A stretch of DNA of 64,000 bases from an uncultured Candidatus Saccharibacteria bacterium (GCA_964349485.1 CAYGGE010000005.1:3483-67482); one strand, 5' to 3'; positions 19,888 through 31,670 are shown, counted from the first letter of the stretch. Numbers and translations: made by a program. The notes: generated from the sequence alone by a model not told the origin.

Positions 19888-20769
19888 ATGCCTAGTACCA
19901 TCACTCTTCGCCGGAAAATTCGATCGATCGGCAATACCAAGCAGATCACCCGCGCCATGCAGATGGTCGCTGCTTCGAAGATGCGTCGGGCGCAGGAGGC
20001 GGTGACGGGAACCCGGGCTTACGCCAAACAGGGAACTGAAATTATGGCCCGTCTCCAGCGAGCTCTGCAGGGTGAAGAGCAAATCATGCATCCATTACTC
20101 ACCCAGCGTTCGGTGATGCGTATTGCTTTAGTGGTTGTGGCTTCTGATCGAGGTCTCGCTGGTGGCTACAACGCCAATGTCACCAAAAAAGCCCTTCAAT
20201 TCCTTGCGACCAATAAGGACAAACAGGTAAGCGTGATTACGATCGGCCGCAAAGCCCAAGATGCCTTGGCCAGAGCCGGAGTCGCTCTCGCTGCTAGTTT
20301 TACGAACTTTCCCGACCGTCCTGTTTCTGCCGATGTTCTGCCCGTTGCAAAATTAACGATCGACGCCTTTTTGGGAACGGAATATGACCAAGTAACGGTT
20401 ATCTACACCAAATTTTACTCGACGCTTCGCCAGGTTGCCGAAGAGAAGCAGATTTTGCCAATCAAATTCGACGCAATACCGATCGATGACAATGAGCAGT
20501 CGACATCGGCAGTATCTTATGTCTTCGAACCCGCTGCGAATAAAGTCTTAGAGTATATCCTGCCTCGCATGGTTCTGATGCAACTTCTCCAGACCATTCT
20601 TGAATCGATCGCCAGCGAGCATTCAAGCCGCATGATTGCCATGAAGAATGCCACCGATAACGCCACCGAATTGCTGGGTGATCTGCGACTGACGTACAAC
20701 GGTATTCGCCAAGCTAATATTACCCAGGAAATTGCTGAAATCAGCGCGGGAGCTAACGTAGCGTCCTGA
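19888..20769 (+). CDS. atpG: F0F1 ATP synthase subunit gamma
   Basis: N-terminus RRKIRSIGNTKQITRAMQMVAASKMRRAQ and C-terminus ITQEIAEISAGA. Confidence 0.9.
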   Translation: MPSTITLRRKIRSIGNTKQITRAMQMVAASKMRRAQEAVTGTRAYAKQGTEIMARLQRALQGEEQIMHPLLTQRSVMRIALVVVASDRGLAGGYNANVTKKALQFLATNKDKQVSVITIGRKAQDALARAGVALAASFTNFPDRPVSADVLPVAKLTIDAFLGTEYDQVTVIYTKFYSTLRQVAEEKQILPIKFDAIPIDDNEQSTSAVSYVFEPAANKVLEYILPRMVLMQLLQTILESIASEHSSRMIAMKNATDNATELLGDLRLTYNGIRQANITQEIAEISAGANVAS

Positions 20770-20780
20770 CAATAAACTAG

Positions 20781-22157
<1,377 letters not shown>

Positions 22158-22165
22158 GGATAGCC

Positions 22166-22594
22166 ATGCTAAAATTCGAACTCATTTCACCCGAAGCCGT
22201 TGTTTTCTCGGAAGAGATCTACGAGGCTATTTTGCCATCGACTGAAGGGCAGATTGCGGTATTGCCTGGGCATATCCCCCTCATCACTCTATTGAAAGCT
22301 GGGGTTATCTCCTTACGTCGTCAAAAAGGCGATGCAGAGAGTAGGCTTGAGCACATCGCGACCGGTGGTGGTTTTGTAGAGATTTCAGAAAACAGTATCA
22401 AAGTCATGGCCGATTCGGCCGATCGGGCTGATGACCTGGACGAATTGAAGATTAAAGAAGCAAAAGAGGCCGCTCTTCGAGCAAAAGATGAAGCTAAAGA
22501 TGATGTTAGCTATGCGGACGCTGTTGCCAGACTCGAATTTGAGATTGCTCGAGAAAAAGTTCGTAACCTCAAGCGTCGACACCCTCGCATTTAG
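22166..22594 (+). CDS. atpC: F0F1 ATP synthase subunit epsilon
   Basis: N-terminal beta-sandwich followed by a C-terminal helical hairpin; last gene of the operon. Confidence 0.85.
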   Translation: MLKFELISPEAVVFSEEIYEAILPSTEGQIAVLPGHIPLITLLKAGVISLRRQKGDAESRLEHIATGGGFVEISENSIKVMADSADRADDLDELKIKEAKEAALRAKDEAKDDVSYADAVARLEFEIAREKVRNLKRRHPRI

Positions 22595-22608
22595 GTAGAA
22601 AGCTCATC

Positions 22609-23058
22609 ATGCCTGAGGCCAATCCTATCCAGGTTAACGTTGATACTGACCTCTTTGCCAAAACCGATGAATCGGCCTATATTTTGTCGACTCCGGCGAG
22701 GCAGATGCGGATTGCCTTCACGACTAACAATGACATCATCCTTGCCGCGACGTATATTTCCATGATCGGTGGGGCTACGAAACAACCAGGTGAGACGACT
22801 GCTCTTTACAGTAAAGCCCATCAGATCATGCAACGAGTGGCTGATCAAACTGGGCGGTCTGTACGCTATGTATTCGGTACGCGAAGGCCAAAGCTTGCTC
22901 TCTGGGCAGCGAGTGCTGGTAACAAGATTGTCTCGTGGGATAGGGTCGACAGAATCGACGGCATTGACGCTGACGATAAAACACTACTTGACCCAAGCAA
23001 ACCATTCGTAGCCGAAAAGACTTATTATCCACGTCAGAAAAGTGAATACGGGGATTAG
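22609..23058 (+). CDS. hypothetical protein appended to the ATP synthase operon
   Basis: 149-aa ORF starting 14 nt after the atpC stop, with the same orientation. No recognisable motifs. Confidence 0.4.
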   Translation: MPEANPIQVNVDTDLFAKTDESAYILSTPARQMRIAFTTNNDIILAATYISMIGGATKQPGETTALYSKAHQIMQRVADQTGRSVRYVFGTRRPKLALWAASAGNKIVSWDRVDRIDGIDADDKTLLDPSKPFVAEKTYYPRQKSEYGD

Positions 23059-23858
23059 TGCAAATCGACAATTGTCGGGACGATCACTTTGCCAAAGATC
23101 TGCTGACTAATTGGACTAAAATAGTTCGAACGAGCGGTAAGGTGATACAGTCTTTTTTGTTCTTGGCTTAAGTCCCGGCGAATCTCAGAATGCTTTTCAA
23201 GGTAGGTATGGAGTTTGTCAGGGATGATTTCATCTTGGGAGACGATTTGCATGCTTTGGCCAACCTTCTTGCCAATCTGGTCTTTAATCAGACAATAGTG
23301 GGTGCAACCGAGGATCAAAGTATCAGCGCCACAGGCTGTTATTTGATCGACATAGGCGTCTAGTACTGTATCAGTTAATCGAGTCTCGTGGCTTTCAATG
23401 AGCGGGACAAGTTCTGGTGCTGGAAATTGGCTAACCTTTATACCTGTTTTGAGTTTGCCTATTTCTTTAATGTATGTACTCGATTCAACGGTGCCCTTCG
23501 TTGCAAGGATCGCTATATGTTTCGCGTCTCGATCGGCTAGCGCAGTTTCTACGGTCGGGATAATCATGCCCAATACTTTCCGATCGGGGTAGTACTTTGG
23601 TAGAAACTGTTGCTGAAGATAGCGCAAGGCCTCAGATGAAGCGGTATTGCAAGCGATAATTACCAGTTTACAGTCTTGTGAAAATAAATAGGCGACTGCC
23701 TTACTGACGAGGTCAATCACCATCTCACTCGATTTATCGCCATATGGCAAGTTCGCGGTGTCCCCAAGGTACAGATAATCATATTGCGGTAATCTATCGA
23801 CGATACTCTTGGTAATAACCAGTCCACCAACCCCCGAATCAAAAATTCCAATCTTCAT
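23055..23858 (-). CDS. murI: glutamate racemase
   Basis: KIGIFDSGVGGL N-terminus and two Asp/Glu racemase Cys motifs (ACNTAS, GCTHY). Confidence 0.9.
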   Translation of the reverse strand: MKIGIFDSGVGGLVITKSIVDRLPQYDYLYLGDTANLPYGDKSSEMVIDLVSKAVAYLFSQDCKLVIIACNTASSEALRYLQQQFLPKYYPDRKVLGMIIPTVETALADRDAKHIAILATKGTVESSTYIKEIGKLKTGIKVSQFPAPELVPLIESHETRLTDTVLDAYVDQITACGADTLILGCTHYCLIKDQIGKKVGQSMQIVSQDEIIPDKLHTYLEKHSEIRRDLSQEQKRLYHLTARSNYFSPISQQIFGKVIVPTIVDLH

Positions 23859-23930
23859 TTATCTCCTTTATCTCCTTTTTGTGCCCTAACTAGTGTACGC
23901 GATTGCAAACAGATGATCAAGTCTCATTGT

Positions 23931-23959
23931 TTGCGTTTCACCTTGTAATCTCATATAGT
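23931..23959 (+). promoter_or_regulatory. sigma-70-like promoter (-35 TTGCGT, 17-nt spacer, -10 TATAGT); would yield a near-leaderless HD-hydrolase mRNA
   Basis: The -10 ends 6 nt before the ATG at 23966. Confidence 0.4.
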
Positions 23960-23965
23960 CAAATT

Positions 23966-24619
23966 ATGAATGTTGAACAAATAATCAAAAAGACAGCCCA
24001 ATATGTCAAAGAAACACTGACTGACCAAGAAGCGGGCCACGACTGGTGGCATATTGAACGGGTGAGGACTATGGCTTTGCGGATCGCCAAAGAAGAGGGC
24101 GCAGACATCCTTGTTGTAGAACTTAGTGCCTTACTCCACGATATCGCCGATCATAAATTTCATGGTGGGGATGAAACAGTTGGGCCAAGAGTCGCCAGAG
24201 AGTGGCTAGAACGTAACAAAATAGACCCAGCAATTATCGTACAGGTTGTCGATATTGTGGCCCATCAGTCTTACACATCTTCGCTTCAAGCCAAGAAGGA
24301 ACTCAGCCTTGAGGGTAAAGTCGTCCAAGACGCCGATCGACTCGACGCAATCGGGGCTATCGGTATTGCTCGGACCATGAGTTACGTTGGCAGTAAAGGT
24401 TTGCCCATCTACGATCCAACCGATCCAGTGAAGCAATTTACCAGTGCCAAGGAATACAAAAGCACCAAAAGCACCTCGATTAATCACTTTTACGAGAAAC
24501 TACTTTTGCTCAAGGACAAGATGAATACCGAAACTGGCAAACAACTCGCCGAGCCTCGTCATAAGTATATGGAAACGTATTTAGATGAGTTCTTCAGTGA
24601 GTGGAAAGGTAAGCTATGA
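23966..24619 (+). CDS. HD-domain phosphohydrolase
   Basis: HDWWHIERV ... LLHDIADHK HD motif. Start at the ATG at 23966 is preferred over the ORF-track start at 23903. Confidence 0.7.
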   Translation: MNVEQIIKKTAQYVKETLTDQEAGHDWWHIERVRTMALRIAKEEGADILVVELSALLHDIADHKFHGGDETVGPRVAREWLERNKIDPAIIVQVVDIVAHQSYTSSLQAKKELSLEGKVVQDADRLDAIGAIGIARTMSYVGSKGLPIYDPTDPVKQFTSAKEYKSTKSTSINHFYEKLLLLKDKMNTETGKQLAEPRHKYMETYLDEFFSEWKGKL

Positions 24620-25200
24620 AAAAAATTATACTAGCCTCGGCCTCTCCGAGTCGTAAGACCTTACTTGAACAGATTGGGCTAGATTTTACGGTTGAGGTCA
24701 GCGATTACATAGAGGATATGGGACTTGAAGTGTCTCCCCATGAGCTGGCAGAACTCCTATCATACGGCAAAGCAAAAGCAGTGGCTGACAGGCACCAGGG
24801 TGAAGATTGTCTGATTATTGGTGCTGATTCGTTTGCGGTCCTAGAAGGTAAGCTGTTAGGAAAACCTCATACAGCCGAACGTGCCATCGCCATGCTTCAA
24901 GATTTGTCAGGTAAATGCCACACCTTTCTGACCGGCGTGACGATTATCAATACGGCAACGGGGAAGACCGTCCAACATGTCGATGAAGGTAAGGTCTGCT
25001 TTAGAGATCTCAGTGACGATGAAATCAAAGGTTATGTGGCAACCGGTGAACCGTTAGATAAGGCCGGTGGCTACGCCATCCGTGGACGAGGCGCTGTGCT
25101 TGTTGAACGAGTAGAAGGTGAATATACCGGCGTCATCGGTCTCCCACTTTGTGCGCTTTCGGTGATGCTTCGTGAGCTTGGGGTAGAAGTACTTAACTAG
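24616..25200 (+). CDS. maf: Maf-like nucleoside triphosphate pyrophosphatase
   Basis: ILASASPSRKTLLEQIGL N-terminus. Overlaps the HD gene stop as ATGA. Confidence 0.85.
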   Translation: MKKIILASASPSRKTLLEQIGLDFTVEVSDYIEDMGLEVSPHELAELLSYGKAKAVADRHQGEDCLIIGADSFAVLEGKLLGKPHTAERAIAMLQDLSGKCHTFLTGVTIINTATGKTVQHVDEGKVCFRDLSDDEIKGYVATGEPLDKAGGYAIRGRGAVLVERVEGEYTGVIGLPLCALSVMLRELGVEVLN

Positions 25201-25219
25201 ATTGTTGAGACGTAACATT

Positions 25220-26044
25220 TTATTCGTGTAGAAACTTACTAACCTCGACGACGGCTTCGTCACCATTCTTTACCCATACGACATCCCCATGCCCCCGGAA
25301 CCAAGTAAGTTGGCGGCGAGCGTAGGCGTGGATGGCGTATTTGAGTGACTGGGCGAATTCGTTTTTGGGGATCTTGTGTTCGATGTAGTCTGTGACAAAG
25401 CGGTATTCGAGACCAAATTTGCGCAGGCGGTCGGCTTCAACTCCTTCGGCCAGTAACCGTTCGCCTTCGGCAATCATCCCAGCTTCAATTCGTGAATCAA
25501 CCCGTTGGTCGATCCGTTCATAGAGTTCTTCACGAGGGATATCGATCCCGAGAGTGAGCACGTCCCAAGCGGGTGGATTCTTTTCCTGATATGTACTTGC
25601 CGCATGACGTGGGTTGTTTTCGTCTCGGGGTACAGAATCAGAAAAGACATAGCCTTCAAATAAGGCGTTGATGTAGAGACCGGTACCACCAACTACAATC
25701 GGTAGCTTTCCACGACTCAAGATATCCTCAATTATTTCATAAGCAGCAGCCTGCCAATCCGCCACCGTAAATCGCTCTTTTGGATCTGCAATATCAACCA
25801 GCCATTGAGAGGTATCGTCAAGATATCGTATGGTAGGATACTTGCTTTGAAATTTGTCATTTGTCATTTGGATTTTTTTCAACGTCCCTTCCTTGCCACT
25901 TCCAATATCCAACCCAACATAAACCTGCCGGCTATCGGCCGACACGATCTCCCCATTGAATTGTTTCGCCAAGGCAACGGCCAGCCCCGTTTTACCACTG
26001 GCGGTGGCTCCGACGATGGCGAGTATTTTTGGTTTACTGGGCAT
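25220..26044 (-). CDS. miaA: tRNA dimethylallyltransferase
   Basis: ILAIVGATASGKT P-loop and SADSRQVY motif. The ATG at 26044 is preferred over the TTG at 26062. Confidence 0.85.
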   Translation of the reverse strand: MPSKPKILAIVGATASGKTGLAVALAKQFNGEIVSADSRQVYVGLDIGSGKEGTLKKIQMTNDKFQSKYPTIRYLDDTSQWLVDIADPKERFTVADWQAAAYEIIEDILSRGKLPIVVGGTGLYINALFEGYVFSDSVPRDENNPRHAASTYQEKNPPAWDVLTLGIDIPREELYERIDQRVDSRIEAGMIAEGERLLAEGVEADRLRKFGLEYRFVTDYIEHKIPKNEFAQSLKYAIHAYARRQLTWFRGHGDVVWVKNGDEAVVEVSKFLHE

Positions 26045-26180
26045 CTTTGGCTTTATCAACAATCGTATCGCGGATCGTATAGATTGAGCGATTATCCACT
26101 TTCATGGTCGCGACTTCCTCTTTTGCCGCCTCTTTAAGCAGCTCTTCCTCGATCTTCTCAAGCTCCTCTTCGTCTTGCAT
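26034..26180 (-). CDS. possible 48-aa Glu-rich small protein between clpB and miaA ([23 protein letters not shown]...)
   Basis: Its ATG overlaps the clpB stop (TAATG) and its stop overlaps the miaA start region. Below the ORF-track size cutoff. No RBS and no homology evidence. Confidence 0.2.
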   Translation of the reverse strand: MQDEEELEKIEEELLKEAAKEEVATMKVDNRSIYTIRDTIVDKAKDAQ

Positions 26181-28882
26181 TACCCCTCCTGTCCGCCAGC
26201 TAGCGGGTCAGCTTTTGCATATTCCACGGTTTTAATCATCGGTAGAGTCGACTTGAATTGGAGCGCACCGTTTTTTGCGGCAATCGTCACGCTTGAGCCA
26301 TCGCCAATCTTTGCTTCAATAATCTGGAGCGCCAGGGGGTCAAGGATCTCGTTTTGGATCACTCGTCGCAGTGGCCGGGCTCCATAGCTTGGATCATACC
26401 CCTTCTCGATGAGGAGGTCGAGAGCTGACTGGTCAATCTCAATTCGTACACCGCGGTCGGCTAGCCGTTTCTTTACCTGTTCGATCTGATGCAGAACTAT
26501 CGTCTTCAACTGTTCCTTAGTAAGCGGATGGAAAACCACGATCTCATCAATTCGGTTTAAAAACTCCGGCTTAAAGCTGTGCTTCAATTGTTCAAGTACA
26601 TCGTGTTTGGTTGCCTCGAACTGCTGCTGCGCATGGCTCTTTTCGTCGCTGGTCTTAGCCTTAAAACCGATGACCGCTTGATTGGTTAAGATGTCTGTGC
26701 CAATATTGCTGGTCATAATGATGATTGTGTTCTTGAAATTAGCGACGCGACCCTTCGCATCTGTCAGCCGACCATCGTCAAGTACCTGAAGTAGTATATT
26801 AAATACCTCAGGGTGAGCCTTCTCGATCTCGTCAAACAAGACGACTGAATAAGGTCGTTTGCGGATCTGTTCAGTGAGCTGACCCCCTTCCTCGTAACCG
26901 ACGTAGCCGGGAGGCGAACCGATTAATTTGGCTGTCGAATGAGCTTCTCGATATTCGGACATGTCAACCCGGACGATTGCTGTTTCGTCGTCGAACATAA
27001 ACTCAGCTAAGGCTTTCGCTAGTTCGGTCTTACCCACACCAGTCGGGCCAAGGAAGATGAATGAGCCGATCGGTCGGTGGGCTTCGCCGATACCGGCGCG
27101 GGAGCGACGGGTAGCGTTGCTCACTGCTTTGACGGCTTCTACTTGGCCAACAAGACGTTTAGCTAACTCTTCTTCCATGCGGGCTAACTTCATCTGTTCC
27201 GACTGTAGCATCTTAGTGATCGGCACGCCGGTCCAGCGGGCGATGACTCGAGCAATCTCTTCTTCGCTGACCTCTTCCTGCAGAATCCGGTCCTTACCGT
27301 CAATTTTTCCTAGCTCCTGCTGATATTCTACGATCTGTTGTTCAAGTTTCGGGATATCGGCATAACGCAGTTTCGCTACAATATCGAGCTTGCTTTCACG
27401 TTCGGCGGTCTCAGTTTCGTGACGCTTTTCCTCAAGTTGGGTTTGGGCGGCCCGGATTTTGGTAATAATCTCTTTTTCCCGTTTCCAACGAGCCTGGAGT
27501 TCAGTCTGTTGTTCTTTTAAGTTTTCAAGCTCTTTTTGTACCTCAACGAGACGATCCTTAGCCTCTTTCTCCCGCTTACTCTCCTCCTTGAGAGCCTGGC
27601 GTTCGACTTCGAGGCGCATGACTCGGCGGTTGAGCTGGTCAAGTTCTTGAGGCATGGAGTCGATCTCCATCCGCAAGCTGGAAGCCGCCTCGTCGATGAG
27701 ATCAATCGCTTTGTCGGGGAGAAATCGGTCACTGATGTATCGACTCGATAATGTCGCCGCAGCGACCAAAGCAGAATCGGTAATCCGCACCCCGTGATGG
27801 ACCTCGTATTTGTCTTTGATCCCTCGAAGTATCGAGACTGTATCTTCAATCGACGGTTCCCCGACAAAGACCGGTTGGAACCGACGCTCTAAGGCAGGAT
27901 CGCGTTCAATATATTTTTGATATTCGCGGAGTGTTGTCGCGCCAATCGCGTGCAGTGTTCCCCTAGCCAAAGCCGGTTTCAGCATATTCGAAGCATCGAG
28001 CGAGCCTTCGCTGCTTCCAGCACCGATAATCGTATGGAGCTCATCGATAAACAAAATGTAGCGACCATCGGACTGCTCGACTTCTTTAAGGATGGCCTTC
28101 AGTCGTTCCTCAAACTCACCGCGCATCTTTGTGCCGGCGACTAACGCACCGAGATCAAGACCAATCAACTCGCGATTTTTGAGAGTTTCTGGGACGTCTC
28201 CGGCGATAATTCGCTGGGCTAGGCCTTCAACGATCGCCGTCTTCCCGGTTCCTGGCTCACCTAATAAAACTGGATTATTTTTAGTTCGTCGCGAAAGGAC
28301 TTGCATGACCCGACGGATCTCCTCATCACGACCTATCACCGGATCGAGCTTACCGCTCTTGGCCCGTTCGGTATAATTCAAGGTATATTTCTCGATTGCC
28401 TGGTACTTTCCTTCCGGCGACTGATCAACCACTCGTTCGTTACCCCGCACCTCGGCGAGAGCTTTGAGAACGGACTCGTGACTAATGCCGAATTGGCTTA
28501 AGAAAACAGCAATCGGACCGCGGCTACTCGTCATAGCTAAGAGAAGATGCTCAGTCGAGACATATTCGTCAGTTAACGTCTTTGCCTCTTTACTGGCCTG
28601 CTCAAAAACTGCCGCTAACTCATTTGAAAGACTGATCTGCCCGAAAGCCTGCGGTGCTTTTAGGCGCGGCAGCTGATCGATTAATTTGTCTAACCGTTGT
28701 ATCACGGTTGATAGATCGGCCCCCATCTTTGATAGGATTGGTCCAACCACTCCACCATCTTGGTTGATAAGCGCCACGAGCAAATGCGGCGCCTCAACCA
28801 CCGCCTGCCCACGTTCTGAAGCGACTGCCTGCGAAGCCACAACCGCTTCCTGACTTTTATGCGTAAACTTATTGATATCCAT
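26180..28882 (-). CDS. clpB: chaperone ClpB (AAA+ disaggregase, two nucleotide-binding domains with a coiled-coil M domain)
   Basis: Two Walker A motifs GEPGTGKT and GPTGVGKT, a long coiled coil between the NBDs, and a 900-aa length. Confidence 0.9.
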   Translation of the reverse strand: MDINKFTHKSQEAVVASQAVASERGQAVVEAPHLLVALINQDGGVVGPILSKMGADLSTVIQRLDKLIDQLPRLKAPQAFGQISLSNELAAVFEQASKEAKTLTDEYVSTEHLLLAMTSSRGPIAVFLSQFGISHESVLKALAEVRGNERVVDQSPEGKYQAIEKYTLNYTERAKSGKLDPVIGRDEEIRRVMQVLSRRTKNNPVLLGEPGTGKTAIVEGLAQRIIAGDVPETLKNRELIGLDLGALVAGTKMRGEFEERLKAILKEVEQSDGRYILFIDELHTIIGAGSSEGSLDASNMLKPALARGTLHAIGATTLREYQKYIERDPALERRFQPVFVGEPSIEDTVSILRGIKDKYEVHHGVRITDSALVAAATLSSRYISDRFLPDKAIDLIDEAASSLRMEIDSMPQELDQLNRRVMRLEVERQALKEESKREKEAKDRLVEVQKELENLKEQQTELQARWKREKEIITKIRAAQTQLEEKRHETETAERESKLDIVAKLRYADIPKLEQQIVEYQQELGKIDGKDRILQEEVSEEEIARVIARWTGVPITKMLQSEQMKLARMEEELAKRLVGQVEAVKAVSNATRRSRAGIGEAHRPIGSFIFLGPTGVGKTELAKALAEFMFDDETAIVRVDMSEYREAHSTAKLIGSPPGYVGYEEGGQLTEQIRKRPYSVVLFDEIEKAHPEVFNILLQVLDDGRLTDAKGRVANFKNTIIIMTSNIGTDILTNQAVIGFKAKTSDEKSHAQQQFEATKHDVLEQLKHSFKPEFLNRIDEIVVFHPLTKEQLKTIVLHQIEQVKKRLADRGVRIEIDQSALDLLIEKGYDPSYGARPLRRVIQNEILDPLALQIIEAKIGDGSSVTIAAKNGALQFKSTLPMIKTVEYAKADPLAGGQEG

Positions 28883-28917
28883 AACACCTCCGCTCCTTAC
28901 TTCTCCAATACTAAAAC

Positions 28918-28941
28918 AAATGTAAAGAAAACTTTACATTT
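28918..28941. promoter_or_regulatory. perfect inverted repeat AAATGTAAAG-N4-CTTTACATTT overlapping the clpB promoter (candidate repressor operator)
   Basis: Read from the sequence. It covers the -10 and spacer of the predicted clpB promoter and abuts the -35. Confidence 0.5.
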
Positions 28942-28947
28942 TGTCAA
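28919..28947 (-). promoter_or_regulatory. sigma-70-like promoter for clpB (-35 TTGACA, 17-nt spacer, -10 TACATT)
   Basis: Motifs read on the minus strand about 40 nt upstream of the clpB ATG; a GGAGG RBS follows. Confidence 0.45.
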
Positions 28948-28996
28948 GATCATGCCGGCTGACCAAAAAATCCCATCTTTCGATGAGACTTTTGAT

Positions 28997-29082
28997 TGGT
29001 GCCGGGAAGAGGACTCGAACCTCCACATCCTTGCGGATACCAGCTCCTAAAGCTGGCGTGTCTACCATTTCACCATCCCGGC
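28997..29082 (-). tRNA. tRNA-Leu (anticodon UAG), class II long variable arm, CCA encoded
   Basis: Acceptor gccggga/tcccggc, anticodon loop tttagga and a 15-nt variable arm. Confidence 0.85.
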
Positions 29083-29218
29083 GCTTACTAGTTTTCAGTT
29101 GTCAGTGATCAGGTGTCAGAAGGCTTAGTGTCATTTCGAATGTCTGTGGTGACAGAATGAGAAATCTCGTTTGGTGCGGGATCTCTCACCCGTCGGGGAT
29201 TCGAGATGACGGTATTAG

Positions 29219-29662
29219 TTATTCCCAGATCAATTCGTTTTTTATTTCGCTAAAGAGCTTTTGGCCGATGCCTTTTACTTTCTGCAGGTCTTCTACTGAT
29301 TTGATTTGGCCTTCATCTCGCAGGACAGCAATATCCGCTGCTCGTTTTTCGCCGATACCTTTGAGCGTTTCAAGCTCTGTTGGGGTGGCAGTGCGGAGAT
29401 TGATCGGACCCTGGTTCGTTTTGGCTGAAACTGTACGAGTAGGATCAGCTGACGTATCTCTGGTTCCATGCTGATCAAGCACGGCTAGTTGGTTTCTGAT
29501 GATCGCATTGTCTGCGTTGTCGCCAGCTTCCGCACTAGGCTGAGTCTTCACAGTCAAATAGGTTAAACACAGACCAACCACTACCAAAAACACAATTGCA
29601 AAAGGGAAATACTTATCGAAGACGTGTTGACGGCTACGCCAAATGTTGTCTTGGTTCGTCAT
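29219..29662 (-). CDS. comEA: ComEA-like DNA-binding protein (N-terminal TM, C-terminal tandem helix-hairpin-helix)
   Basis: INLRTATPTELETLKGIGEKRAADI...LQKVKGIGQKLFSEI HhH motifs. Confidence 0.8.
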   Translation of the reverse strand: MTNQDNIWRSRQHVFDKYFPFAIVFLVVVGLCLTYLTVKTQPSAEAGDNADNAIIRNQLAVLDQHGTRDTSADPTRTVSAKTNQGPINLRTATPTELETLKGIGEKRAADIAVLRDEGQIKSVEDLQKVKGIGQKLFSEIKNELIWE

Positions 29663-31670
29663 CGGTCACCTTTGCTCGAAGCAACGGATATTTTTCCAGT
29701 CCGTCCTCGATGACTTGCGCCGCCATCTTTTTGGCACGCAGTATCATATCTATATCAGATAAACGGGCAATTTTCAAGCCGGATAGGCCAGATTGTTCGA
29801 GGCCAAGGAGCTGCCCTGGGCCACGTAATTCAAGATCCAACTCAGCAATGTCGAAGCCATTGTGTGTATCGGCAAAAGCCCGCAACCGCTCAAAGACGAC
29901 TGGATTTTGAGTATCGGTGAATACAAAACAGTACGATTGATGTCCGCCTCGGCCCACTCGACCGCGAAACTGGTGGAGTTGAGCCAGACCAAAACGGTCG
30001 GCGCCTTCGATCATCATGACGCTGGCGTTGGCTATATCGATCCCAACCTCGATAACTGCCGTTGAAACCAGAACGTCAACTTCATGTGCCCTGAATTGCC
30101 TCATGATCTCTTCCTTATCTTTTGACTTCATCTTACCGTGTAAAAGGGCAACGCGAAGATCGGGGAAGATGTATTTGCTGAGTTTTTCATATTCAGCCGT
30201 GGCGGCCTTCTTCTCGTCGAGTAGTATAGACAGCTGTCCGGTCGCTTCATAGGGACTGTCCTTAGCCTCAACTAAGGGACAAACTACAAATGCCTGACGA
30301 CCGGTTTGGATCTGTTTACGAATAAAGTCATAGGCCTGCCTACGGTGTGAAGGATCGACAAACTTGGTGGTAACCGGCTGTCTGCCTGGTACAGTCTGGA
30401 GGGCGGAGATATCCAGATCCCCATAGATCGTGAGTGCAAGAGTTCGAGGAATTGGGGTAGCGGTCATGGCTAGGAAGTGGGGGGTCAACTGCTGGTTTTC
30501 ACCTATGAGTTTGTTTCGTTGTTTTACCCCAAAACGATGCTGCTCATCGACGATAATCAAACCTAACTTTTCAAATGTCACTTTCTCTTGAATCAAGGCC
30601 TGAGTGCCGATGATTAGGTCGTACTCATTCACCTTAGCACCCATCGTTGAGCTAGTACTGCCTGTTAGCAGACTGACCTTCACCCCAAACGGTTCTAGAA
30701 ACGCTTGGCAGGTCTTGTAGTGTTGGTTGGCGAGAATTTCGGTGGGGGCCATCCAGACCGATCTATAACCGTTCTTGGCCATCACAAAAGAAGCTAGGGC
30801 GCCAACAACTGTTTTACCACTTCCGACATCACCCTCAACGAGACGGTTCATGGGGACATATTTTTCGATATCTTTAATGATGTCCCAACAAGCTTTACGT
30901 TGCGTATCAGTCAAGGTAAAGGGCAGTGAAGCGATGAAGGTTTTGACCTCTTCTATATTAGCTTTACAGTGAGGCGCTCGGTTCTTGCCCAAATCTTTTT
31001 TCGCAAGCTGAATGTTGGTTAGCAATATGAATAGCTCATCGAAAGCCAGACGTCGTTTTGCGACGCTGACTTGATCGATTGAGATAGGGGAGTGGATGAG
31101 CGAAAGAGCATCGGAAAGACTGATAAGATGTTCGCTAGTCCGGACGCCATCCGGAATATGATCCTCAAAGTTCAATATTAAATGTTTGAGCTCAGCAATT
31201 AATTTCCGAATCATTTTACTAGTAATACCGACAGTTTCGCCATAGACTGCAAGAATCTTTCCCTCGCGTTCTATTTCGGGCGACTGCATGGTTAGGTTGC
31301 CTTGATAATCCCGCTCAACCTTACCAGAAAATAACCAAGTTGTTCCATCCTTAAGCAATCGAATAAGGAACGGTTGATTAAAGAAGACTAAACCTATTTG
31401 GCCGGTTTTATCGGCTACCAGTACTCGAGTTAGCTTCATTCGTTTTTTATGAGATACCTCATTTTCGATATCGACAACTCGGCCTTGGATAATCTGTGAT
31501 TCACCCGGTACAATTTGATCAATGGTGCGAGGATTAGAAAAGTCTTCGTAGCGACGAGGATAGTAATGTAGCAAATCGTTGACTGTGTATAGGCCAAGGA
31601 TATTTAGTCGTTCGGCCACTTTCGGCCCCACCCCATATAGTTCCTCAATTGATGTATGCTCGTTTAACAT
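29634..31670 (-). CDS. recG: ATP-dependent DNA helicase RecG
   Basis: N-terminal wedge domain, GDVGSGKT Walker A and DEQHRFGV Walker B. Confidence 0.9.
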   Translation of the reverse strand: MLNEHTSIEELYGVGPKVAERLNILGLYTVNDLLHYYPRRYEDFSNPRTIDQIVPGESQIIQGRVVDIENEVSHKKRMKLTRVLVADKTGQIGLVFFNQPFLIRLLKDGTTWLFSGKVERDYQGNLTMQSPEIEREGKILAVYGETVGITSKMIRKLIAELKHLILNFEDHIPDGVRTSEHLISLSDALSLIHSPISIDQVSVAKRRLAFDELFILLTNIQLAKKDLGKNRAPHCKANIEEVKTFIASLPFTLTDTQRKACWDIIKDIEKYVPMNRLVEGDVGSGKTVVGALASFVMAKNGYRSVWMAPTEILANQHYKTCQAFLEPFGVKVSLLTGSTSSTMGAKVNEYDLIIGTQALIQEKVTFEKLGLIIVDEQHRFGVKQRNKLIGENQQLTPHFLAMTATPIPRTLALTIYGDLDISALQTVPGRQPVTTKFVDPSHRRQAYDFIRKQIQTGRQAFVVCPLVEAKDSPYEATGQLSILLDEKKAATAEYEKLSKYIFPDLRVALLHGKMKSKDKEEIMRQFRAHEVDVLVSTAVIEVGIDIANASVMMIEGADRFGLAQLHQFRGRVGRGGHQSYCFVFTDTQNPVVFERLRAFADTHNGFDIAELDLELRGPGQLLGLEQSGLSGLKIARLSDIDMILRAKKMAAQVIEDGLEKYPLLRAKVTDDEPRQHLA

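Noticed and set aside
28911-28950. CIRCE, HAIR or CtsR operator at the clpB promoter
   Set aside because: The palindrome present (AAATGTAAAG-N4-CTTTACATTT) matches none of these consensus sequences. It is reported as an unknown operator instead.
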